64,000 nucleotides of DNA. Source: Octopus vulgaris. Taxonomy: Eukaryota. The DNA is taken from assembly GCA_951406725.2 (NCBI GenBank), contig OX597816.1, positions 19,716,001 through 19,780,000 of the forward strand, in the 5' to 3' direction. Under the pieces are notes generated by a model. The model did not search any database. It was not told the origin of the DNA and was given only the letters and a program-made list of their open reading frames with translations. The position numbers and the translations under genes were made by a program. Shown here one piece after another: positions 38,623-52,866 of this stretch (within the stretch, counting starts at the first letter, position 1; the number at the start of each line of letters is the position of its first letter).

Positions 38623-40111
38623 CGATTGTTAAACATTCATATGCTAAATTTCAATTTGCCATTTCATCCAGGTCTACCAACACTAATATTAATGTATCAA
38701 TATTTTCGCATCGAACATAAAAAACGCACCAGCATCACCAACACTTGGACAACATTCTATTTTTTTTTATAAAACTACTACTAATTGTTGCCATTTCCAT
38801 CGCTTTTCCAGTGTGCAGAAGATGCAATTTCTTGCTGCAACAATTTGCGTGATTAACAAATTCAAGGCTTGATGATTTCGTTTGGATTATATACCTACTT
38901 ATCAATCGTCACAGCTAAAGTTCCTCGACTCTTGAATCATACTGCGTGATGGATAAGTGTTATAGTCTCCATCATATACTTTTATGCATCCTGTATACTT
39001 TATATACGTACCGATAAAAAAATTTAACTGTATACAAGTGTAAAAATATTATTTCCCTGTTTTTCACCTTACGAAATCCTCCCCGAAGCAGTAATATTTC
39101 ACTGGAATTCTCAATAATAAATTAGACAACCACGAAGTCATTGTCATGGAAAAATAAAGTAGATTATAGACTAGCTATCTAAATATATACTTGACTTATA
39201 CATAATCCTAAAAAGAAGTAACATGCATATTATATATGGGCATAAGTGAAATAATAATACGATTCAATCACATTTGAAACTTAGTACATATCGAACACTG
39301 AAAAAGAAATTATTATTAATATTATTGTCGTTGTTGTTGTTGTCATTGTTCCTCTTCATATTATTTATTCATATAGTTATTATTCATATTTTGATTTTAA
39401 CTTAGCATTCTTGTTAATATTACTTCATTTTTTTTCTCCTTCGTAACAAAAGCCACTTATAAGCAATCGCTTCAAAAATCACTTAAGTGAAATTGAATAT
39501 ATTTTCCTTCCTCTTCTGGATTTTTTCTTTTTCTTTTTTCTTTCATTTTTTTTTTTGGGGGGGGGAAATTATTTATGTTAACATTTCTAAACAACCAAAT
39601 TATTGAGATTGAGTTCTCGAGAAGTATGAACTACTTATATGCAGTCTTTCGTGTTTTCCGCCTTGTTAAATTTTTTTTTTCTCTTGTGCAATTTCTTGTT
39701 TATCTCTTTCAGGATATTTCATTAATGTTCTTCTGAATATTCATTGTTATTCTTCTGATTATGTTCTTGTTACTGTAATGGTATTTTGTTATCCATATTT
39801 CTCATGTTCTGGGAATTATTTTGATGGAATATGTAGTGATTTTGATTTTCCTTACAACTGTTACTACCGCTATTTCACCAAATGCTCCTGCAGCGGCATT
39901 ATTTATATTTTTACTCAATATTACATCTGCAGTATGACATTGGTTTTTCTTGAGGTGCGATTAATCTTTATTGCAGTACATTTCAAGAGTGTTAGGCAGT
40001 TATTTATAGAATCAGTATTGAAATATACAATAAAGAAATAGGGCATAAATATTGAAAGCATTTCTCACTCACGAAACTGAATTGATACCCACAAACAAAA
40101 AACACACAAGT

Positions 40112-40112
40112 A

Positions 40113-40195
<83 letters not shown>
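40112..40195. repeat. (TATC)n microsatellite
   Basis: Simple repeat. Confidence 0.98.
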
Positions 40196-40249
40196 TTATT
40201 TATCAATACATACATATATACATACCCACACACACGTATATATACACAT

Positions 40250-41580
40250 ATGAGGAATTCTCTTGTCGTGAACGACATATGAAGAAGCAGTAAAATAAAC
40301 CGTTAATCATGTTCTATTGAACACAAATGTGTCTCTTGAGGTCTGCTGCTTCTTTGCAAACCTTTTGGCAAATGGAACAAGTTAACGACTCACTTTGATT
40401 TAGTGCTTGTGGATCATTAACTATGTATTTTCTGGAGTGGAGGGCAAGCCCTGCTTTTCTACGTGCCACAAAACCACAATGACAGGTATTGTTTCCAAAT
40501 AGAGGGGCAGCGTTTTGCCTTCCTGCCTTAATGTTTGCACGAAGTTGGTCCCGATAGTGGAGTCGACCTTGCTCAAATCCTTGAACTGGAGAGAAGCAGG
40601 ACTTGCACAACGTCCTGCGTTCTCATGCTTTGTTTTCCCAGGAAGAAAAATTAAATGTTGCATCCCTTCAGATTGTCTTTAAAGTGCACGACTGGCCTTC
40701 CCATCGAACTTTCTGTTGAGAATTGGCCAAAGAGAAGTTGCTCCAGAATTCTCATGTCACACATACGTGAAAGATGACTTGAGGATTTAAGCTGCATTTT
40801 GATGGAGATGGCTTCAATACCTGATACAATGAATTTTGCTAGTAATTCACTGTCATGAATATGGTCTCTAACTTTTATGTCGGAGACAGTATGCAAGCAT
40901 CGCGTATGAAAAGCCACAAGCTGGTTGATGTGCTTTTGGTACAGAGTTCAATATTCAGCACCATAAATAAATGTAGTCAAAACCACCGACTTATATACAT
41001 CGACGTTCACCTTCAACGATAAGTTGTGGCTATTCTAAAACCTGTGATAGAGCTTACCGAAAGCGGAGCTAGTCTTCCCGCTTCTGGACCAATTAGTTTA
41101 TCCGTCTTAGCATCATTGGACACAATGAAACCAAGATAATCGAAGGAGAAAACAGATTTAATGCTTTCCCATCAACATATACAGTAGGGGCAAAAGGCGG
41201 AAGATGGTCACGAACGGACTGATGGACAAGCTCAGTTTTCTTGATGCTGATGGTGAGACTATAAGCCTTCGATGCAAGGGAGAAACTGCTTCGAATCCAT
41301 TTCATGTCCTCAAGAGTGTATGCTACAAATGTACAATTGGCTGTGACGATCAAATGGCGAATGTTTTGAAACAAAGTATTAGCTTTTGCTTTGAAGAGCT
41401 GTTGGTTGAACAAGCCATCACCCGTTTTTTACTCAAACTTTACTCCCACTTTAACACCGTTGAACGCTGATTCTAATATGCCAGTGGGATACGAAGCAAA
41501 TAAGAGAGGTACCAGAACTCAGCTAGATCTCTTAGAATCCATCATCCCTGGTAGGGAAGAAATGATTTATAGGATGACCT
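40250..41580 (-). mobile_element. RTE-clade LINE, 3' part (RT C-terminal half + C2H2-like zinc fingers), decayed
   Basis: Translations: LFNQQLFKAK..IRHLIVTANCTFVAYTLEDM..LTISIKKTEL; FHTRCL..GIEAI..MQLK..HLSRMCDMRILEQLLFGQ..GRPVVHFKDNLK; CSICQKVCK..LKRH. All match RTE ORF2 motifs. Confidence 0.88.
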
Positions 41581-41609
41581 AGATGTTGTCATGGAATAAA
41601 ACTGATTAA

Positions 41610-42400
41610 GCTATAATTATTTCCGGGTTCCCCCTTGCGGTTCACATACTTCTTCCATCGGTGTTACAATGCTTTGATGCTATTGCTGGAGAATATTTTA
41701 ACCTGTTGCTCAACAACTCATCAACAACTGGTATGATGTCATTATGAGTTACCCGCCAAGTGTCTTCTCATGTTGAGGAACATATGTCAGTAGGATAAAG
41801 AATTGGGACGATGATCAAACAGTTCAAAGCCACAGCCATACACAACAACAACCACTGAAACCAAGCAGTTGTGTGTTGAAGCATCGTTTTCATGAAACTG
41901 AAATCCTTTCGTCTGTTTTCCTTGACAGTCTATCATAACTATTTCAGAACCTTATCCTAGTCGTCTGTCTTCATGGGGTGACCATTTTCAAAATAGTCAA
42001 TAAAAAAAGCTGTGGCCATCACGTTCCCTGCAGGTGAAATGACTTTGACCGTCTTTGGTGTTGGTGAGAAGTGTAGTTTCCACTGTATGAATCTTTGTCT
42101 CTGGCCCAATACACTCAGTGGGTTACCTTCATCATTGCTCTATTTGTCTTTACGATCAATACTTTTCAAGTTATCGCTGCAATATGATTTTTGAAAAGAC
42201 GCATCCCATTTTATTAAGAAATCCTTTTTGTAAAATTGTCTGCACTAACAAAATTTTCAAATATTCTTCAATAGAAAGAAACATTTGAATTAGAAATTCA
42301 AAATCACCAATAAGCCAACAGTAAAGTGTTAATTTATATTTTTCTTGTAATATCTTCACAGGCAGCCAGTACAATTCAGTAATATACTGTATGATATGCC
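41610..42400 (-). mobile_element. Mariner transposase relic (catalytic domain), highly decayed
   Basis: Minus-strand translation across frameshifts: QWKLHFSPTPKTVKVISPAGNVMAT..IDYFENGH..FHENDASTHNCLVS..CGFELFDHRP..FLNMRRHLAG..AL*HRWKKYVNRKG. Confidence 0.8.
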
Positions 42401-43754
42401 TTCATTCAAATACGTATACAATTATTCTTGTAAGTGTTCGCATGTAGCAGTCTTCATTTGATTGTCGAATTGTCGTCAGTTTTATTATTGTTGAAAGGCA
42501 TAAGTGGCTCTATTGAAAGTATTATAAGAGGAAATTCTTAAACCAAGTTGTAGTAGTATTTAGAATCATAAAACTTTTAATAATGCTAATTGAATAAAGC
42601 CCTTTGCCATTTACTATAATTCTATAAACAATTACATGGATATACTCGACGTCTATGGTAGAGCATTTATTAAATATTCATTGTCTCTTATAAATGATTC
42701 ATGTTGTGTGGACATTAGAAATCATTTATCAGGCATACATTGTCCATCTGAATTAGCAAGTGCCAATGAACATTCATTACATATATCTGCATTGTCTTTT
42801 CAGAAAATCTCATGAAATGAAGAGTTACTCTTGAATAGCGTAATTTGCTGCACTTACACTTAACAAGTTATTAGAGATACGATTTTTATTAACAATTGAT
42901 TTAATGCTTTAATGCTTACAAACTCATCTCTAGAGTTTGTTCCGGTTTGAGACAATTAAGTAAAATTTCAATAAGTATATAGATTGAAATATATTTATGA
43001 AGATTTTGGAGTTAGCTTCAAAGTAGTTATTAATTGGTTGAATGTTCAAACTCAGTAAATTGAAAAGATGAAGGAATATAACCATTGTGTGTGTATTTCA
43101 TCATCCTGAATTGCTACTTGTTTCTTTAGTGCATAGGTGGGACAATAACGATTACATCTATGTTTACATGATTATATCACAGCAGGATTATGATAAAAAA
43201 ATGTAAATCACACTTAAGTTTTAGCAATAGATTCTAATGTGGTTAAAAACGATAAAGTATCTAAAAACATAAATAAAGGCGAATACCACATGTAGACCAA
43301 ATGTATGCATTATTGTTTTAATGAGGAATACAAAATGAAATTAATTAAGTTATTTCACTTTAACCAACATGAAGTAAAGAAAATAGTGTAGCAACTATGA
43401 AGAGATGGAGAAAATTTAAAAGCATTAAGATTTATTCGTTCATAAAATGAGCATTTGTTAGGAAAGAATCCTATATTTCTTGGCAGCTAAAAATTAATAT
43501 TGGAATGTTTCAGTCAAATTGAACCTCCTCTTCGTAATACAATTCACTCAAGAATGCTTTGTCAATCGACAAACAATATTCATCACTCGGTAACAGAGCT
43601 TAGTATTTCCTTTCCCTAAAGATGAAAATCAGGGAGGATTTATTAGCAAATGCCGCAAATTTTCGATGAAAATTGTCCAAAATATAAGAAAGTTATACTT
43701 ACATATAAGACATTAAATGTAAAAAGCCTTAACAATGGCATACAAAGAGTAAAC

Positions 43755-44149
43755 TCTACAAGGAGTCACCGAATATTAGAATTTCAAACACGTGTGGGAT
43801 ATAATGATCCGGTGCGATCACCCGACCAGACATTGGGAACTGGATATTGTTGTGGTGAATAAAAAATGGAGGATGTATGATAATCGACATAGCATGCACC
43901 GGTGACAACAATATCAATGTGAAAGAAGAAACAATAAACAACTATGACGATTTGAAGTGTGAAATACGAAGGTTGGGTTCAATGAAAAGAGTAGACGTGA
44001 TGCCAATGGTAGTTGGTGCACGTGGAAGTATCAGTACTCACTTACCAGCTTATCTGAAAAAGATTGGTGCAAGTGTGAAGGTAGAGCATCTAAAAAAATC
44101 AGTATTGCTTGGAACTGCAATAATTATTCACAGGGTTCTTAAAGCATGA
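43755..44149 (+). pseudogene. R4/Dong-clade LINE C-terminal restriction-like endonuclease relic
   Basis: VWDIMIRCDH..ELDIVVVNKK..IIDIACTGD..KEE...YDDLKCEIRRL..PMVVGARGS..LKKSVLLGTAIIIHRVLKA*, a PD-(D/E)xK RLE signature. Confidence 0.88.
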
Positions 44150-44184
44150 CCAGTAAGCAAGTGTCGCCTTAGTCTGATGGCTTG

Positions 44185-44492
44185 AGATTGTGCAGTTGTA
44201 CAGCAATGATACAGATATCGAATTCGGTGTGTCGATGTGCGTGGTACTCACTTTGAAACGAGGGGAAAAGAGCAGATTGTAGAGGCATAGAATTGGCAAA
44301 CGGTGAGAGAATGGATGACCCGAATGATGTTGGGCACCTTAGGGCCTTGGAGCTGGGCAATACTCTCCACATCGAAACGAAAGACAAGTCATCGCTACAT
44401 ATTTCAAGCGCCTGAAACTTCTCTTGAAATGAAAACTCAACTCAAAGAATCCCGTGATTGCCATTAACATATGGCTGCTGCTGTAGTCCGCC
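44185..44492 (+). pseudogene. R4/Dong-clade RT thumb-region fragment located downstream of the RLE end
   Basis: VQLYSNDTDIEFGVSMCVVLTLKRGKRADCRGIELANGE..LELG..YFKRLKLLLK*KLNSKN..AINIW. Confidence 0.75.
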
Positions 44493-44899
44493 ATATTAAT
44501 AAAGGAAATATTAATGTGAATAGATATTTAAAAATAACATAGGTTTGAAAGGGTTGGAATAATACCTTGCTTTTAAAGAAGTTTGATAGAGAAGTTCTGG
44601 TAATTTGATGTCCTATTCCTTTTGTCTCAAGTCTCTAGGCTTGTACAAAAGTTTGTCATCGCCGAATTATGGAAGTATGTGGACCAGCCGAGCAAGTATA
44701 TTTACGGAAAGATGAGAGACGACATATAAATGTGTATGTGGGCGTAGGCGTGGGTGTATGTGTCTTTACACTCTAACCTATATTGTAGAACTTCTTAAAT
44801 AATATCACGTTTCTCTTTTCTCGTTTTACTCGTTCATAAGAATACTTTGAAAGAATTGATTTCAAAGAAGGGCTTCAGTTTTGAGAGATTCAAAGAAAA

Positions 44900-45600
44900 G
44901 AAGAAGATAACATTAAATTACTCAGCTTTTCATCAAATTAGCAATATCATCAGAAACATTGTTTAGAAAAGCAGTGTAGCAGTCACCATAAAACTCATGA
45001 CAGATATGACTTAAATCAGTTGCAACTCAAACAAACTGAGACAGAGACACTGAGTTTAGACGTAGTCTTCCAAATACGGGAAATAAGATAAAAAAAATTT
45101 GCGATTCGAAAACGTAGCATATGGTTGAATTTTCAAGGAAAGCGATGACATTAAGGAATTCATCAAATCAACTGGGAACAGATAAAATTACTGAATTCTC
45201 GCAAAGAGTACGAGCAGAGTGCAAGGCGTTGGCTTCCATTAAGAATATAGCCAAAGCTCTGTTGGACAAGACCAGCTGGTCAATCTCTTCACTAGTACAT
45301 TCCTGAGTTGGACAAGTGGCTGTGCCACATATACTATGGAAAAACATGGTAGAAATATTTTATGGGGAGTATATCGAAAAGAAGTAACTTGCGTAGAGAG
45401 GCGAATTGCTGGTGTTATAGCCTAACACGAAATGTATGCGTTCCAGTTGGACGAACATGACACAACGCTGGGAAACAAGATGGACATGTACATTTGTCAA
45501 GTAGTATTCAAAAGACAACTGAGACGGCGCTCAACACGATACTTAAACGATCAAAAATTCATTGCCCATATTGAAGAGAAATGTCCAACTACGAGAATAA
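44900..45600 (+). pseudogene. Possible hAT (Charlie/Buster-type) transposase relic
   Basis: Only weak motifs: VEFSRK..L, IAKA, and FQLDE (compare F.LQLDESTD). A partial second copy lies at 48235-48372. Confidence 0.3.
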
Positions 45601-45648
45601 TGTAAGGACATTTTTACCAGCGATATGTAATGACATTTTATAATATGC

Positions 45649-46208
45649 TTTTCTACTCTAGGCACAAGGCCCGAAATTTTGAGGGAGGAGACTAGTCGAT
45701 TAGATCGACCCCAGTACGCAACTGGTACCTAATTTATCGACCCCGAAAGGATGAAAGGCAAAGTCAACAACGGCAGAATTTGAACACAGATCGTAGTGGC
45801 TAAGCAAATCGCTCGGCGTGCTGGGGTTAAACATAGAGGGGACAAACAAGGACAGACAAAGGGATAAAGTCGATTATATTGACCCCAGTGCGTAACTGGT
45901 ACTTAATTTATCGACCCCGAAAGGATGAAAGGCAAAGTCGACCTCGGCGGAATTTGAACACAGAACGTAGTGGCTAAGCAAATCGCTCGGCGTGCTGGAG
46001 CTAAACATAGAGGGGACAAACAAGGACAGACAAAGGGATAAAGTCGATTATATTGACTCCAGTGCGTAACTGATACTTAATTTATCGACTCCGAAAGGAT
46101 GAAAGACAAAGTCGACCTCGGCGGAATTTGAACTCAGAACGTAACGGCAGACGAAATACCTGTAAGTATTTCGTCCGACGTGTAACGTGTCTGCCAGCTC
46201 GCCACCTT
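45649..46208 (-). mobile_element. Head-to-tail trimer of SINE family C (174-bp period)
   Basis: The junction gtagtggctaagcaaatcgctcggcgtgctgg occurs at 45793 and 45967. Three copies of the core are present. Confidence 0.9.
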
Positions 46209-46499
46209 GACATCTTATAGTTTTGTCTGTAGAGTGATGAAGCTATATAACCGTTTAATTTTATCAAGCCAACGTATTTATAAACTGTCTACATTTGCAT
46301 GTGACAAAGTGGCAATGATATTAATAATTCACAATAATACATCTTGACAGCAAAATTTGGGTTTAACTGAAAAATTTGCTGTATTCTCTCTTTGAAAAAT
46401 TTCCTGTGGTGAGGTGTACACACTAATTCCTGTCCTTTTAACCAATGTTATTGTATATTCGAGTAATTGACTTAAAATTCATTTCTCAACGTTATTCAA

Positions 46500-46630
46500 A
46501 GTCAGTTTTACCTACAAATGACCAGAGTCGTGTAAATAGTGTTTAGATCTATTAACTGTCAATGTCGTATCATATTAAATCATATTAAATGATGTGAACA
46601 TACGGAGTTCGACTGAATTACTTACAGAAA
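46500..46630. repeat. ~130-bp dispersed direct repeat (second copy at 47555-47683)
   Basis: accagagtcgtgt..ctgtcaatgtcgtatcatattaaat..atacggagttcgactgaatt.cttacagaa is present twice. Confidence 0.9.
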
Positions 46631-46911
46631 ATTTTGGCAGGCTTATTAACCTTTTTCTCAGATAAACGTAGAGTTCATAAAACAAAGTTGCACTGCCACT
46701 CCTAATATCGGAAAATGATATGCAAGTGACATACCTTCAGTACATACAGGCAAAAATATATTTGCGAGTGTGTTTGTGTTCGTGATGTCGTGTTTAAAAA
46801 TACATATATACGGTCAATTTATTCCGTGTCCTCTACATGATATATAGTTAAAATATGTACTTGAAAGCCTCCTACTGTTTTACATTTATATATCAAACGT
46901 TCAATAACTAT

Positions 46912-47147
46912 TTCTATTTCTTTACTAGCCACAAGGGGCTAAACCCAGAGGTGACAAACAAGGACAGACAAAAGGATTAAGTCGATTACATCGAACCCCA
47001 GTACGTAACTGGTCCTTAATTTATCAACCCCGAAAGGGTGAAAGGTAAAGTCGACATCGGCGGAATTTGAACTCAGAACGTAACGGCAGACGACATACGG
47101 CTACGAATATCGCCCGGCGTGATAACGTTTCTGCTAGTTCACCGCCT
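46912..47147 (-). mobile_element. SINE family C
   Basis: Collinear with 23228-23456. Confidence 0.9.
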
Positions 47148-47719
47148 TCAAAGGTTCAATACGTTTGAGCTTTATTTGTAGTATACAAAGATTGAAAAAA
47201 ATTTAAATATGAAATGCAATGTACAGAAACAACCTTCATTCTAAGAATACAACGGCCTTCCTTCGAGGTTTCCATACAGATTGTTACCTTCCTCCCTATA
47301 TTTTCCAACAAATATGAGAGCCTCTACACTAAGCACTATTGAAAAGTGGGTGTTTGTAAATTGTTACCGAAGTGCATAACATTCACCGATATTGTACAAA
47401 CCTAAATACCTACGCTCAAATATGAGATTATACACACATTCATTAATAACACAGAGATTAATATAGGGTTTCTTCTTCAATATTCAGCCAGGATATTGAT
47501 CGCTACATTGAGGCTCTCGCACCTTAAAACTTGGTGCAATATTTTCGTTTTTCAATGTCACTTATATTTGCAAATTACCAGAGTCGTGTGAATCAAGTTT
47601 ATATCTATTGGCTGTCAATGTCGTATCATATTAAATATTAAATGGAGTTAAGATACGGAGTTCGACTGAATTCCTTACAGAACATCCATTCATAATCATA
47701 TGTGTGTTTGGGTTTGTGC

Positions 47720-47747
47720 TTATATACATACATACATATATATATAC

Positions 47748-47815
<68 letters not shown>

Positions 47816-47907
47816 TTATATATATATATACATACTTACATATATACATATACACACACAAATATATACGTGTATATATATATATATGTATATATATATA
47901 CATATAC

Positions 47908-47967
<60 letters not shown>

Positions 47968-47968
47968 T
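47720..47968. repeat. (TA)n-rich microsatellite
   Basis: Simple repeat. Confidence 0.97.
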
Positions 47969-47969
47969 C

Positions 47970-48233
47970 TCATGTGATCACGTACCGACAAGGTTAACAG
48001 ATGCTGTTATACATCATATGTTACAATGTGCCCTTGTATTGTTTTAACATTCAAAGGACGCCACCCCGCTGGCTGGGTGAGGAGGCCAACAATACCTCCT
48101 GAGAGAAGGGGGACAGGAGCGATATGAAATAAAGTGTTTAGCTCAAGAACGCAACGCGCTGAGCAGTCAGGAAATTGAACCCATGATGTGGATATCATGA
48201 GTGCAACAACCGAACCACTAGTCCACGCACCAA
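47970..48233 (-). mobile_element. SINE family A, old and diverged (13042-type tail)
   Basis: catgtgatcacgtaccgac..cagatgctgttatacatc..aaccactagtccacgcacc. Confidence 0.65.
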
Positions 48234-49593
48234 TGGAGATAATATCTGAAAACAAATGATTCGAGTACAAAGCTGAATTGCCGTTGTCATAGCCGAACAC
48301 GAAATGTATTTTCTCCAATTGGAAGGCCATGTCATAAAGCTGGCAGACAAGATGGACATGTACATTTGTCAATATATATATATAGCTCGAAATATATTAT
48401 GAAGTATAATAAAAAGATTTTTAATTTTGAACTCCTATCTATAATATACGCTTTTGCGAATAAGGAATTATATTGCATGGAATTATTATTTCAAGTGGGA
48501 CAACGGCAATACAGTAACTACTTTATTTGCAATCGGAAAACGATAATTGCAGTTTATATTACTTTTTAGCTTGATGACTGTAGATAACGAGCATAGTATA
48601 CCGTCGGACTGAATATTGCCATATTGAATAATTACCCAGTATGATCCTATATATTATTTAGCTTTGAATTACTGTTCATTTCATTATATTGAGAGCGATA
48701 AATTCAGTTCCAGCTATGAGTATTAGGCTATTCGACTAACATTAATACTTACTTGTTAAATATGAGGAGTGTTCAACTAATATGTATGCCATGAAACTTA
48801 ATCTACTGGGGAACATCGTGAATGAATATGTGATATAGCTAGAACATTTAATTGTCTATATGATTATCTGATGGGCTTCTGTATACTTGCTGTGGGTACA
48901 GTTTCTGTAAAAAGTCTTAAGCTGCCACGAATTTCTTGTACAAAAATAAGTAGCAAGATCAAATCGAAAAATCTTATGTAATTCTCAAAATCTGTTCTCC
49001 GAATGACAAAATCAATAGCAGTATTTACACCTATTTAAATTCGTTGTTTCTTCTCCTTATTAAATAAAATTTGGGTTCAGTGCATCCGATATTGGTAAAT
49101 TAAGTATCTGTGATGGAGAGAATTTTGCCTCCTGTGGATTGCATGTCTGATAAATAGCTGTCGACATTGTTTAGTATGAATACAGAATTAATCAAGATGC
49201 ATATGTACATTAGTCAGTTTAACTCAAGCAAACCTGAAGGACTTTTCCTGGCGTTTTTTGATGGTCATGGAAAAAGCAAGTATCACCGAGCAGTTAAAGA
49301 CTATTCCCATACCTAATGGAATGAAAAGTAAGAGGATTTTGATGAAACGTACACAGATTTTACAGATATTATACAAAATGGAACATTGGTGTTTTCTAAA
49401 AATAGTGCCACTTCTCAAATTTTCACTTACATACAGATGGGAGGAATATAAGGTGGCCGAAAACTTCATAACGGCAATTTGTTCTATCTCCATCTGTCTG
49501 CATTATGAACAGTGAAGTTGAATTATGATATCTATGATAACCTAGGTAACCTAGCACATAGGGGTAAGTGCTCCTTCGGATTCTTTAACTCTG

Positions 49594-49892
49594 TTGGACT
49601 GCAGTCAATGCTATATTTGTAATGCTGTTGGTCCTGATCTATCTTCTAAATTGGACTCACTCTCTCATTGTCGTCGTGTGGTTTCCTTGTCTCTTTTCTA
49701 TAAGTTTTTTCATGGACATTGCTCAGCTGAGCACTCTTCTCTGGTTCCTTCTTTAAGAACCTATCAGCGATCAACTAGACTTGCATCCAGTTCTCATCAC
49801 AATACTGTGCAACCTCCTAAGTGTCGTCAAGCACTTTACAGTACCAGTTTCTTCCCTCGCATTTCTGAACTTTGAAATTCTCTTCCACAGTC
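49594..49892 (+). pseudogene. CR1-type (Jockey superfamily) LINE ORF2 C-terminal fragment
   Basis: LDSLSHCRRVVSLSLFYKFFHGHCSAE..RSTR..H..V..SFFPRISEL*NSLP. Confidence 0.82.
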
Positions 49893-50236
49893 TCGTGTGT
49901 GTGGAACAGTAAGGTACGTAACCCATGCTCAGATATTCTTCGAAATATATGTGGTTAGGTTTTACCTTCTCCAGTCACTAAGGTTATAACTTTATAGTCA
50001 CATAATTAGCAATTTTCCAAGTTAAATGCCGTGTTCTTTAGTTGCAATCGTCTTATCAAAATGTCCTTACAATTCCATTTGGGTCTATGTGGATAACTTA
50101 TGCAGATTACTAATCGTCTTGAATCAAGCATCATCTAATTTATGCCATCAATATGTAGCAAGAAGGAATTACCTCATCTTCATCTTTACGGTTATCACTC
50201 ATTCTGTCTATATGTTTCTCTCTCTCTCTCTCTCTT

Positions 50237-50273
<37 letters not shown>

Positions 50274-50300
50274 TCAAACGCCCACATACCCATGCATGCA

Positions 50301-50341
<41 letters not shown>

Positions 50342-50732
50342 CCAGTTTGTATTATAATTTCAAATTTTTAAAAAGTAATATCTTGGAAAATATAGAAATT
50401 TGTTTGAAATATCATGGAGATAGAAAATATATTATTTTCTCGTTATTTCATATTTAAATGAGTAATACATCTAAAATGTAAACGTATTATGCTCTGAAAT
50501 CGAACATTTTATTTTTATTTCTCTTAGCTGAAATTTATTCAAAGTTATAAAAATGAACAGACCAAATTTAAATTTGAAGCAAGTCAGAATATATTACATC
50601 GTATATTCCATGGCATTTGCAAAACCAAATATCTTTTATTTGATATGGTTTTTAAATGTTGAGAGAATATTGAGAATATTCCAAATATACTTATATATAA
50701 ACTCATGAAACATACACGCATATATACCAATA

Positions 50733-50930
50733 TACTCTTTTACTTGTTTCAGTCATTTCACTGCGGCCATGCTGGAGCACCGCCTTTAGTCGAGCAAATC
50801 GACCCCAGGACTTATTCTTTGTAAGGCCAGTACTTATTCTTAGCCGAACCGCTAAGTGACAGGGATGTAAACACACCAACATCGGTTGTCAAGCAATGCT
50901 AGAGGGACAAACACACAAACACACACACAA

Positions 50931-50961
<31 letters not shown>

Positions 50962-51133
50962 CATATATACAACATGCTTCTTTCAGTTTCTGTCTATCAA
51001 ATCCACTCACAAGGCTTTGGTCGGCCCGAGGCTATAGCAGAAGACACTTGCCCAAGATGCCACGCAGTGGGACTGAAGCCGGAACCATATGGTTGGTTAG
51101 CAAGCTACTTACCACACAGCCACTCCTGCGCCT
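50733..51133 (-). mobile_element. SINE family B, full length
   Basis: Head aggcgcaggagtggctgtgtggtaagtagc and tail ggcggtgctccagcatggccgcagtgaaatgactgaaacaagtaaaagag. Confidence 0.92.
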
Positions 51134-51311
51134 ATGATATGTATAAACTCTTGCATGTATATGTATGTACATACGTATATGTGCATATGTGTGTGTGTTC
51201 ACATATGTGTATGTATGTATATATATATAGAGAGAGAGAGAGAAAAACTGACAGAGAGAGAGATGGAGAGAAAAAGAGAGACTGACAGAAATAGAGAGAA
51301 AGAGAAAGAAA

Positions 51312-51452
51312 GAGGCGCAGGCATGACCGTGTGGAAAGAAGTTTGCGTCCCCATCATATAGTTCTGGGTGCTCAAGTGTCTTCTACTATAGCTTTCGACC
51401 CAGTAAAGAGCCTCGTGAGTGGATCTAGCTGGCAGAAACTCAATGAAGACCT
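51312..51452 (+). mobile_element. SINE family B, 5' fragment, diverged
   Basis: gaggcgcaggcatgaccgtgtgg..caagtgtcttctactatagc..gtgagtggat..gaaact. Confidence 0.7.
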
Positions 51453-51457
51453 TCATT

Positions 51458-51882
<425 letters not shown>

Positions 51883-52519
51883 CACAACAGACCGTCAACA
51901 GATATAATTAGAGATAAGGACTCGCAAGTTTATGCACACATATTGTCGTCAAAATTCGCTGACTAAGAAAGTGTGTGAGACAGAAAGATAGCAGTGACAT
52001 TAAAGTAAGTCTGCATGCTGAAGTTAATATAAAAACAGCAACGAAACGAATATTCTGAACACCAGCCAAACAGACAATCTCTCCACATCTCTTTTCTTTA
52101 TTCATCCTTTACTCTTACTTCTTTGAGAGAAATGTTCTGTTAAATGTTTATTCAGGGTCTCATCAAGATTTCTCACAGAAATTACATATTGATTAGTTGA
52201 AAATAGTCGACATTGTTACTACACAAACACAGAAGTATCAATGTTTGTCGATATGAATATATTAGTCAAATTTCACTTCAAACGTACAGCAAACTTGAAT
52301 TATATAAATGCCTTATTAACATGTATAGAATGCCTTATAATCAAATGTTTCCTGGGATATAAACTATGTGACTCGTGGTATTAAAAATGTTCAATTACGT
52401 TCCATTACTCTCTTTGAAAATATCTGATATTTAAAATATAATTATTATACAAGGCATTCATAATGTGCACACGTAACACATTTTTATAATTCCAACTCTA
52501 AATAAAAAGCTAAACACAG

Positions 52520-52552
<33 letters not shown>

Positions 52553-52669
52553 TTGTTTCAAGAAATTTTTCATTTCTCACTTGGAAGAATATTCCATTCA
52601 CACGTAATATTTTCAGAATATATATTTCTAATTTCAGTAGTCACCTTTGAATCTTATATCATCTGCAGG

Positions 52670-52866
<197 letters not shown>

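Noticed and set aside
39713-40041. Cys/Tyr-rich ORF after a strong splice acceptor (tctctttcag)
   Set aside because: The sequence looks like degenerate ATT/GTT triplet repeat, with no recognisable domain or partner exons.
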